A DNA stretch of 64,000 bases from assembly GCA_052426225.1 (NCBI GenBank), contig JBNJNM010000013.1:310001-374000 (forward strand), written 5' to 3'. This DNA comes from Zancudomyces culisetae HAW-14-8. Its lineage: Eukaryota > Fungi > Kickxellomycota. The notes below the pieces were generated by a model, which saw only the letters and a list, made by a program, of their open reading frames with translations, did not search any database and was not told the origin of the DNA. Position 1 is the first letter of the stretch. Every line of letters starts with the position of its first letter. Below, one piece after another: positions 1-9,994 of this stretch. A program made the translations under genes and the position numbers.

Positions 1-578
1 TACCCTGAGCATAAGCAAGGGCTTATAGAGATAGGGAGGATAAGAACAGATAGGTTTTGAACAGCAGAGAGGCTGGCAAAGTTGGGAACAATAGATGAAA
101 AGTTCAAGACCAGGTGCCCATTTTGTAAAAAAAATAGCGCAGAAACCATTGAGCACATGTTACTGGACTGTAAATACTGGGCTGGAGTTAGGTATAAAAC
201 TCTGGAACGTATCCCAGATATGTCAATTATAGGAAGTCAGGAGAGAGGTAGTAGTGAAGGATGGCGGAATTTTTTTGTAGGGCGACTCCTTGGAGGGGAG
301 TCAAAAAGAATGGTTACTCTCTCCGTTGAGAAGAGAGAAACCGAAGCACCGTCTTTGGTTGAGCTGGTGACGGCACAATTTTTGAACGGAATATGTCGAA
401 CGAGGATGCAAGTCTTAGACCGACTTAGATCAGAAACAACCTCCTTGAACCAACGCCCGGTGGGTATGGAGTCCCTAGAGGGACGGAGGGGAATTGGTTA
501 GGTAGATATTTTATAGGACTATTTTTTGTAGTTTTATGGGATATTTATTTAATAAATTCATCTAGCAGAAAAAAAAAA
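1..578 (+). mobile_element. 3' end of a non-LTR (LINE, L1-like) retrotransposon, 5' part outside window
   Basis: Frame 1 open from base 1 to 501 with C-terminal CPFC-x6-ETIEHMLLDC zinc finger typical of LINE ORF2; short 3' UTR with AATAAA (551-556) and A10 tail (569-578). Confidence 0.85.
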
Positions 579-1745
579 GATACTCTTGGAAAATAAGGAG
601 GAGAATGAGAATGAGATCAAGATTCCGAGCACACTGGAAATAAACGGAATCAAAGTAGCAATGTTCTGGAAGGGCTGCGACCCAATGTGTACCTACTGTA
701 AAGGGCAAGGTCACTGGAAGAACGACTGTCCCGAGCTTGAAAGGAAAGTGGAGGAGCAAATAATTGCCAGACACGAGAGGAAAGCAAAGAAGCAGGCGAT
801 GAAGGAGTTTACAGCTAGAGTAAAAGCAAAACTTGGACCAGTGAAGGCGGTACAAGTACAGACACCTAGATTGGATCCTGGAATGAACCAACAAAGGGAT
901 ATGAGCGTACAGCAAGAGGCTAGAATGATGCCACAGAGTGAACATACGGCCTCTAACACAGTAGGGACAAACCTACAACAGGCCAAAGGAAAAGGCTTGA
1001 AGCTTACTACGATGACCAGTAGTAGTTTTAATAGTGTTAATAGCGTTGGTAGCTTTAATAATACTAAACAAACTGGTTCAAATAAAACTATTATATCAGA
1101 AGAACTATCTTTTGTAGAACAAATTAGCAGAGAGGAGTACGAAAAGAGAAAGGCAAAGGGACAATAATACACCTCTAAAACAAAGATAGTATACCCTAAC
1201 TTACCTACCGAAAAACGAGTAGCACCACTAAATACTACACCAGATCACGTGACCACTGCACCAGCTCAGCCAGATTCGAGATTCGAATTTCGAAATGAGG
1301 AGGGTGCGATAAACGCTGATTCGTTTACAGGGGTTAGAAAACCCCAAACCCGACACCCTAAGGTGATCGACTCAAACCCATCGAGCGAGGGTGTGCAGAT
1401 GGACGAAGATTCAGAATCCGAAATGAGTTGGGAAAAAAGTGGCCAGGTGGGGATTCGAACCCAGGACCACACTCAGGGCGAATTTCAGGATGCACTGAGT
1501 CATGGCGCTGAGTCTAGCGACAATGAGGAGGGTGAAATTAGGGAAGACTAATCACCAAATCTCGACTCAGCGGGGACCAAATGTGTCAGAAATGACCACT
1601 TGGGGACCCCAAAAATTACCATTAATACACGCAGAAATGATCAATAAGGACACTGGACAACAGGAAAAAAGGGATAACAGGAGACAAAAACTCCTGTTAT
1701 GGAACATTGATGAGCTCAAAACGAGCTCAGTAAAGCAAGCAATAA
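579..1745 (+). pseudogene. Disrupted second LINE: ORF1 (gag-like CCHC) plus start of ORF2 endonuclease
   Basis: CTYCKGQGHWKNDC knuckle; ORFs 586-1167 and 1249-1551 are in frame across one TAA; overlapping ORF 1502-1783 contains LLLWNI, resembling the start of an APE endonuclease; truncated near 1745. Confidence 0.65.
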
Positions 1746-1818
1746 TGTATCAAGTGGGAATCGATCCTATACCTTCCGAATAAAAAGGATTAGGCAGTAC
1801 AACAAGCGATATAGGTAC
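1746..1818 (-). pseudogene. Decayed tRNA-like sequence (possibly tRNA-Lys UUU derived)
   Basis: Minus strand 73 nt: GTACCTA...TTGATAC-A (5/7 acceptor pairs), CCTAATCCTTTTTATTCGG anticodon-arm remnant, ATAGG-ATCGATT-CCCAC T-arm/B-box remnant at canonical spacing. Confidence 0.4.
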
Positions 1819-1834
1819 GAAATAACAAACAGAA

Positions 1835-1883
1835 TGTTGTATAATTAAATTTTACTTATAATTATTTATATTTTTCTTATTTA
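1835..1883 (-). repeat. LTR 3'-end fragment, inverted copy of the 4433-4894 LTR family
   Basis: Reverse complement of 4846-4894; cut by the Tc1 insertion. Confidence 0.75.
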
Positions 1884-3451
1884 CAGTGAGTTTCAAAAAT
1901 GTCTCAAAATAATGATAATAATTTTCAAAGTGTAATATCTCGCTCAATAAAATCCAGAAATTAGATAATTTTATATAATATAATGCACAATTGGTATAAT
2001 TTAATTTTATATAATTTGTATTATTATTATTTAAAAATTCATTATATAATTATAAACTGAAAAATTTTTAAAAATGAGACAATTTTGGGAATTTTTCAAA
2101 AAAAAACTTTAAAATTATGTCCACCTTCCTTTAGACTTGATAACTGCCTCTACTCTTTTAGGCATACTATCTATTAGACCAAGTATTGTTTCCGCTGATA
2201 TTAAATTCCATTCCGTTTCTATTCGCTCCCATAATTCGATCATCCCGGACGGAGGTTTACTGTATCTATTTAGGCGTCTTTTGATGATTGCCCATATAGT
2301 TTCGATTGGGTTTAAGTCTGGAGATTGTGGCGGCCAGTCCAATGTATTATATTCCTGGTTTTCAAGCCAGCTGGTAACTAACTTTGCGGTATGTTTAGGA
2401 TCATTGTCATGTTGAAATATTATTGACTTGGGATCCAACTTGTAGTACTTTATTGTATTGCTAAGCTCGTCTTTTAAAATGTTTAAATAACCTTCCTTGT
2501 TTAACATTCCTTCTATTTGGCACATGTAGCCAGTTCCAAATGCTGTGATGCATCCCCAAATCATTAATGATCCACCACCGTGTTTTACGGTCTGGTTAAT
2601 ATTGTGCGGCTGTAGACTCACACCATCACGAACCCAAGTCCATTCATTTCCATCAGATCCAAATCAATTGATTTTAGTTTTGTCGGACCAAATTACTCGT
2701 CTCCAATCATCAGTAGTCCAGTGGCGATGTGATTTTGCGAATCTCAACCTTTTTGCAATATTTTTAAGGCTCAGTTTCGGTTTGGAGGTTATTTTTTTTG
2801 CAACGGCTTTTAGATCATTAAAAGCCCTATATATTGTAAACTTACTTGCACAAACAATATTATCCATTTCTAACTTCTTTTGTATCGAAGTAGCAGTTCG
2901 ATACTCTCCAGATAATATCATCCTAGTACATATTCGCTTGCTTTGGGGTGAAAGCTTCGCTGGACGACCGCGTTTATTAGCCGGTAAATTGATATTCATT
3001 GCTGCTTTAATTCTGTATATTGTTGCTTTACTAACTCCATGTTCTATAATGATTTGGTCAATGCTTCTGCCTTCAAGTAACGCGTTTTTAATATCCAGTT
3101 TACGTTGTTCAGATATCATTTTTTAAAAAATTATTATATTGATTAGTATAATGTTGTTATATATTATAATATGTAAAAGCTTTAAAAATTAAAAATTTGA
3201 ATTCATAATGTTATGATAGTTAAAATTTTTTTTTTGAAAAATTCCCAAAATTTTCTCATTTTATAAAATTTTTTCAATTTAAAATTTCATAATGAATTTT
3301 TAACCAATAAAAATACAGTTTATATATAATCTGAATATAAAATTTGTGCATTATATAATATAAAAAACATATAATTTCTGGATATTATTGAGCGAGATAT
3401 TACACTTTGCAATTCATTATCAATATTTTGAGACATTTTTGAAACTCACTG
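1884..3451 (-). mobile_element. Tc1/mariner DNA transposon with ~230-bp imperfect TIRs
   Basis: Ends CAGTGAGTTTCAAAAATGTCTCAAAATA / TATTTTGAGACATTTTTGAAACTCACTG; TA on both flanks (1882-1883, 3452-3453); TIR similarity extends over ~1884-2112 and ~3222-3451. Confidence 0.93.
2115..3119 (-). pseudogene. Tc1 DD34E transposase with one in-frame stop
   Basis: GRP linker, WSD, QHDND-x-SPDLNPIE with 34-residue D-E spacing; ORFs 2664-3119 and 2115-2621 are in the same frame, separated by TGA at 2664-2666. Confidence 0.9.
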
Positions 3452-3576
3452 TACAATTCTATCGTGCAATAACATATATTTAGTATTTAAATTAAAGTTA
3501 ATTAAACAATATTCTTGTTATCATTAGAATTGAATACACCAATTATATAGAAAAACTAAGTTTTTCTATAACAAAA

Positions 3577-3878
3577 TGTCATATAATTAATGATAGTTCA
3601 AACCTTCTAGCTTTGATTGGCAGTTTATTTATCATATTTAGTTTATCATATTTATTTTATCATATTTATTTCATTGGAGATTGGACTTTTCTCCCTATGG
3701 AGGGTTTTATCCAATTTCTATCCTTGATAACAGGTTAGTGTCACAGAACGAGTTTTATTAGTTAAACAGGTTGTAATTCTTAAGGAATTACAGCTAGGCA
3801 AATGTTATTAATTAAATACTAAGTAAATATTAGAATAAATGTTATGGGAGGTTAGATGTCACCTGATTGGCCATGACA
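3577..3878. repeat. LTR-like fragments (TGTCAT at 3577; TGTCAC..ATGACA 3739-3878)
   Basis: TG..CA bounded AT-rich segments; AAA spacer after a TATAACA end at 3573; no matching TSDs, so boundaries are uncertain. Confidence 0.4.
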
Positions 3879-4894
3879 CACATTTATGGAAAACCATGTT
3901 AGTATTAAGAACAATGAAAAATAAATCAACGGGATACTCGCCTGCAGAAATGCTATATGGAATACAAATGGAAATACCATCAACATGGAAACCTAACGGT
4001 ACAAACGAAAATGAAGAAGAGGAATTTAAAAACAGAATTCAACTAATAAAAGAGGATTTACCACAGATAAGAGAATTAGGAATAAAAGGCTCGGTAAAGG
4101 CTAAAAAGTACGATGAAGTAAGGTATAATCGTAAAGTAGAGATATATAATTTTAAAATTGGAGATTTTGTTTTGAAGTTGATAGAGTATGAACAGGCTAA
4201 GCTAGAAAGAGTTTGGGAGGGACCTTATAAAGTAGAAAACAGATTAGATAAAGGAACTTACATAATCAGCGATCAGTTCGGTAACAGAGACTTAGTACAC
4301 GGCGATATATTAAAGCAATATAATACGAGTACATATATGATACCAGAAGTTACGACCACTTTAAAATCCAAACTACGCAGATTCAGGCAGAAAGCGCAGG
4401 ATGAGGGCATCCACGCTTAAAGAGGAGGGTACTGTCATATAGTGACATGAACCCTTGGTGATAAACTAATATTATATGTTTATCATCAAGTGAAATAATT
4501 AAATTATTAATATACTTTTAGTTTTAGTTTTTTTAGTATTCAATGAAACTGATTCATTGATGTTTTTTCTAAGAGTATTAGTTTATTACTCATTTAAATT
4601 GTTTCAGTATTAGTTTATTTAGAAGTATTAGTTCAATAGTTAGTTATTAGTATATTTATAATACTAGAAAAAGTATTTAAAGGGTTAGTTATTGCATAAG
4701 GAAATAAATATCATTCTATCATACAAGCTTTATAGTAGTAAATAAATAGTTATGATCAACTACAGATGTTTATATTAAGTTTATAATAGTTTCAACTAAG
4801 TTTATAATATATAACAATAATTATACGATACATATTATACATATATAAATAAGAAAAATATAAATAATTATAAGTAAAATTTAATTATACAACA
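3879..4894 (+). mobile_element. 5'-truncated Gypsy element F: integrase C-terminus, PPT and 3' LTR (4433-4894)
   Basis: SPAEMLYG, WEGPY and MIPEV integrase motifs up to 4420; PPT AAGAGGAGGG 4420-4429; LTR TGTCAT..ACAACA followed by AAAC. Confidence 0.85.
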
Positions 4895-4898
4895 AAAC

Positions 4899-5121
4899 TG
4901 TTATATAGTGGAATTATATACCTGTATTTCCTTGTATTTTATTGGTTAATTTAAAAAGTATTATTTTATGTATTAAATAGTCTAGTTTTGAATTAATTAA
5001 TAAATTGTCTTTTTCTCCCACAATAATTATAGTACTAATATATAATAATAAAAGTCCCGTCCTGTATAATACTGGGTAATTATATTACTCAGTAGGACGT
5101 TAAACATGTAATTATACAACA
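4899..5121 (+). repeat. Solo LTR (223 bp), same family as the LTRs of the TRIM-like element at 30349-31357
   Basis: TGTTATATAGTGG..TATACAACA; near-identical to 31135-31357. Confidence 0.88.
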
Positions 5122-5711
5122 AAAAATTGTATGCAAAAGCATCAACTTAAATTTAATAGTACAAATCGATTTATTTTTTAGTCGAATCGATTTTATACTT
5201 TATTAGTGGATTTATTTTTAATCAATTTTATTAGTAAATTATTAGTATAAATTGAAAAAATTTGTAAATCCGACCAAAACCACACTAAAAGTAAAAATAA
5301 ACATATATAGAGAGGCGTAATACTATTTTTTTAGTGTAAGGAAAGGGCCATTTTGGCTATATTTTCCAGGTTTTGGGAGGAATTCTTTTAAATAAAATTA
5401 ATTTTACCAAAAATTGTGGAAATTGTCCAGTTGTGTTCTTTCCGAGGGGGTTTTATAGATAGTGGTTAACTGGCTAGAAATGGTAATCCTGTGTCAGTAT
5501 AAACCACCCTTCTAGGGAACCGTGATTGATATTAGTGGAAGTTTTTTGGGAAAATCCTATTGGGCTAGTACTAAAAAATGAAAACGAATTCAACAAATGG
5601 GGGCTCTGCCGGAAACGGTATGAGGAAAATTTGGGAGAAAAGTTAAATTTTTGGTCAGAAGATTTTCTTTCTAATAACCAAAAATTTGCCGTAAAAGCTT
5701 CGGCTATGTCG

Positions 5712-5904
5712 CCTAGAAGCCATTTATGAGACGAGTTGGACCTTACACCATCTGGGGCCAATGTGGGCTAGTAGGAGGTTTGTTCCTTTTAAATAGGGAA
5801 TAAATTCTCTGAACCACCGGACCAGGTAAGGTAACCACGAAAGCCCTTTTAGGGACTCGCGCTGGTAAATGCGAAACACTTTCAGTGGGGCTAGGAACAT
5901 TGGC
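5712..5904 (+). ncRNA. Structured, pseudoknotted RNA motif in the leader of element A (homologous fold to 14059-14222)
   Basis: Stems CCTAG/CTAGG, CATTTA/TAAATG, CGAG/CTCG, CCTTAC/GTAAGG, CTGG/CCAG, GTGG/CCAC; pseudoknot GCCAATGT(5757-5764)/ACATTGGC(5897-5904); AGUA/GAA loop-E-type internal loop. Confidence 0.7.
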
Positions 5905-8900
5905 TTTAAATACATTTTTCCCTTTAAGATTTTTCTCAATACTTTTTCGGGTTTCATTTACATTTTAGCCTAAATGTAATTGAATTTCCCACATTACCCG
6001 ACCTTTTCTTTTTAGGCTTTTGGGGAATTTAACAAATTGGGACTTGGGATATTAATTAAGTTTAATAGAACATTTCCAAACAGATAAATTCAACAAATGT
6101 CTTTGGGAACTTTTCCCAGTACAGCTTAAAATGCTGTGTTACCTGCGGGAGTTGAAGCAAAATGTGCGTTATGTCGCATACTTTTGGATACTTCCCAGGT
6201 GTTGGTGGTATGTTTATGGGTTTTTAGGCCGATAAGCATATTTTTGGTTGGAAGCGGAAACGAGACGGGTTCGTCTGGATTCCCCAAATATTGAAATCTC
6301 CTAGATACGGTGATAGCTAAAGAAAGTTAATTTTCGTTAATGCTAGCTGTACGGAGACCTTCCAATACTTGGGAGAAGAAAGATGGATACTGGGGGTTTA
6401 CTGCTGAAAAGTCAAATTATGTGTAAGTAACCTAAAAATACATGTACACAAGTCACCAAAGGTGGGCTCAAAACAGAAATGAGACGGACTTCTTTGAGAA
6501 GTACTGGGGATTTCTGCGGCGGGTTTTACACCATATCACCGGCGTCTAGGGACTAAATGCAATGCCATTTAGTCTTAGTGGAAGCCACTAGTAGTAATGA
6601 GGATAATAGGATGTAAAAATCCTAATTTTTTCTTACTACACCGAGTCTAGGAGCCCGACCATAGGTTACTAGACCGGCAACTTTGTAGCTAACTTTAAGA
6701 ATAACATCCTTAAAGTGGGGAAAAGCTACCAGTGACAGTGGGAAGGTAAGAGTTAACCAACCTACTAAAGTCACTTGGTAAGTTTATGCGAGCTATATGC
6801 AAGCTTATTCTAGGCCACAGTTTTGCTGGGAAACTACCTGGAGTTGAACTCCAGTAGTAAAAGTGTAAGAAGTTTAAAGGTAGAAATAAACTTCACACTT
6901 TAAATAGGGAGATCCCGTATCTATCTCCAGATACACTCATAAGTTTTGAGAAGTTGAAGTTAGTTATCCAAATCCTTTTTCAAGATTTAGGGAAACTGAA
7001 TCTGACTTCTCGGGTGGTTTTAAAGGAATAATTTTTTCTTTAATTGGTTTTAAGTAAGGAAATAACTGGGGAAATAATTTCTACCCTACCAGTTAACCCA
7101 GAAACTATAAGAGTAATAAAATACTCGATTCCAAAACCGAGTGAATGAAACAGGTGGAGGAATTTTGTGGTAAAGTTCCGTAAAATATGGAACTAAATTG
7201 GTATTAGGTTTGGTAGTAATATTTAAACAAGATCAGCCTAATATTATCGGGAAACTAAAAAGTTTACCCAGTAAGTCAGTAAATGGTAGTACCCAAAAAA
7301 GGGACACCTTGGGTTCGGTAGAACAAACGGAAGTATTCCAAACCCTCCAACCTACGTGGTAAGAGTACTTTCAGTTCTGGGGACCTTTCTACACCTTAAG
7401 TAGCTAATAAGGTGAGATAAATATTTACGAGGTGATAACCCTGCAGGAATCAACCTACGTCATTAATGGGACAGGAGCAGAACTGGTTTACTCTCTTTGT
7501 CCGGCCTAACCATTCTATCAAAATAAGGATAGATAAGTTAGATGGGGGTCTTAGTATAACCAATTACGGAGTAGCCAAAGCACTCCAAGAGTAAAGGATA
7601 CCATGGAGGTCAATTCCTAGGTATTCTACAGTCAATTGGGTCATGTAAGTTCAACATTCCCAAGGAGCTAGGGAGAGGTAGAATTTATTATTTATTTCAA
7701 CCAAACCCAATAGTGGTAACAAAGTAAGATGCACAATATTGTCGTCTTAGGAGTTCTGTTAGAGCGGCGCGTCTTCAGAACGGTAAATATCATTTAACTA
7801 GTTTCTACTTTCTAGTTAATGTTATTCGGAACCGAAACATACTGAAAAGATTATATTCAATAATCTTTTATTACACTAGATTAAATCCCTCCAACGTTCG
7901 AAAGATCTAGTGTGGAAATATGAAATGGGGGTAAAACAAATCCGATGTCCAATCTTTTGGGCGGGGAGGTCCTCCCTTCCAAACCGTTCGGGAGTTGGGT
8001 AAAACATCAAACCCAAACTGTTCATCTGTCACGATTGACACTAGGTACTATTGTTGCTTGAAAATATTTTATTTAGGATAAGATAATATTTTATCGCTAA
8101 GGATTTCATAGCGAAAAAATATTACTTTATATATTCAATAATATTACTAATAAAAGCATGTACTAATATTATAATTAACTATTGTAAGATTAATGTTATA
8201 ATTATAATTATGGTTTTGTGTTAGTATCATTACTTAAGTAAATAATTAAAACAACAAAATGTTTCAATTAAAATGAGTGTTTTGAATCAGTATTGTAACA
8301 ATACTAATTCAAAATCTTTTCATGTCATATTCATGACATCATCACTTCAAAACTGACTGAACTTTTGGTAACTTATATTGGGAATTAAATTTATAAATAC
8401 AAGTCAGAAAAACATAGCAGATAAAAAGCAGGGACACAGTCCAAATTAAAACAAAGTAAAACTAATCAAAACCAGCAAAGAAATTTAAAATTAAAATTTA
8501 TTGAGTCGAAATACTAAAAATCAAATCAGACTCCAAATCAAATAAAATCGAAATCAAATCCTATAAATCTAAAAGTTTATCCAACTTTCAACGGTTTAAC
8601 AAGCTTTCTAAACAATACTAAACTACAACAATATAAAATAAATTAAAAATTAAAAAAAATATTATATAATAAAAATATTATAATAAAATAATATATAATA
8701 AAAATATTGTTAAAAAATTAAACATAAAAATATAAAAAATATTTAAATTATAAAATTACAAAATAACAAAAAATTATCAATTATTTAAAGTTTAACAACA
8801 AAATCAAAATGTTTAGTAAAAGAGCAGAAAAGTTGAGAGAGGATACTACTGATGATGAATCAGAGGAGGTCGAAGTACAGGAGATGTCAGAATCGCATTA

Positions 8901-9025
8901 TTTACCCATAAGTTTTAATATTTATTTTTAATCATATTTAATTACCTTTGAATCCTAACTTGGGAACATTAAGTTTCCCAACTTAAATAAATTAGTTTCC
9001 TGACATTTTGGGAAACTTCTAATTA

Positions 9026-9994
9026 TTGGTTGAAGAGTTAATGATGGTCCACCAATTAGATGAGATCGCAAAATTAGCTATGCAACAAGCTTTGCAAGAA
9101 AGTCAAGCTCAAGCCCAGGCTCAAGCCCAGACACCCGCCCAAGTCCCCAGTCAGTTGCAGAATTTGCCTGCACCAAATCCGCAGCCAAGGATTGATGGTA
9201 TCAGAATACCAGAAATCCAGAAATACTCAGGAGAATCAGGAAGGTTCCGAGCCTTCACCGCCGAGATCAAGCGCCAGTTCTGGGCCAGACCAGACGTGTT
9301 CCAGAGTGACCATAACAAGATATGGTTCATCAGTTCTCACCTTGCCGGTCATGCTGCCCTGTGGTTCGATAACCTTATCGATACCCAATCACCGTTGCTC
9401 TCAGATTTCAAAGGGTTTGAGAATGAATTTCAAAAGAGATTCTCAGATCCTGGCCACCAAGCCCGAGCTATCACCCAGCTTCATAGTTGCCGCCAGTCCC
9501 AGCGTTCCGTTCTGGAATTTGCAACCGAGTTCAGAAACCTCGCCTCTCTCAGTGGATTCAACGAGCCAGCCAAAATCCACCTGTTTTACATCGGATTGGA
9601 TACTAGCCTTGTCCAGCGCCTTGCCACTGAACCGCTACCAAACACCTTGGACCAGCTCATTGATCAGGTGATTGAGCTTGAGAACAGAATCAATGCCCGC
9701 AGTGCCTACCTGCCCAAGAGAAGCGTCCCATTCCGCAACTGGAGTACTCCGGCTCCACCGGTCTTCCCCCGTCCAGCCATGCCTGTCCCAGATCACCAGA
9801 CTTCTGAGCCAATGGACGTTGATGCCGTCACCTCCCGTCCAAGAGCACCGCTAGATACAGCCGAACGCCAGAGAAGATTAGCCAATAATCTTTGTCTATA
9901 CTGTGGTCAGCCGAACCACATTCTCCGTAACTGTCCGCTCCGCAGGCCAAGACCCCCTATACCTGGGGTGCCAAAAGACAGTGCTCAGATGTAG
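9026..9994 (+). CDS. Gag of chromovirus B (true start probably an ATG at 9041/9044)
   Basis: Retrotransposon capsid-like region, PMDVD motif, CLYCGQPNHILRNC knuckle. Confidence 0.9.
   Translation: MVEELMMVHQLDEIAKLAMQQALQESQAQAQAQAQTPAQVPSQLQNLPAPNPQPRIDGIRIPEIQKYSGESGRFRAFTAEIKRQFWARPDVFQSDHNKIWFISSHLAGHAALWFDNLIDTQSPLLSDFKGFENEFQKRFSDPGHQARAITQLHSCRQSQRSVLEFATEFRNLASLSGFNEPAKIHLFYIGLDTSLVQRLATEPLPNTLDQLIDQVIELENRINARSAYLPKRSVPFRNWSTPAPPVFPRPAMPVPDHQTSEPMDVDAVTSRPRAPLDTAERQRRLANNLCLYCGQPNHILRNCPLRRPRPPIPGVPKDSAQM

Noticed and set aside
6400-8030. Decayed antisense gene in A's leader, with an IDTGSPY aspartic-protease-like motif at 6921-6910
   Set aside because: The minus frame I translated by hand has stop codons at roughly random frequency and no other supporting motifs. 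Hairpin density explains the region better, though tblastx is needed to exclude it fully.
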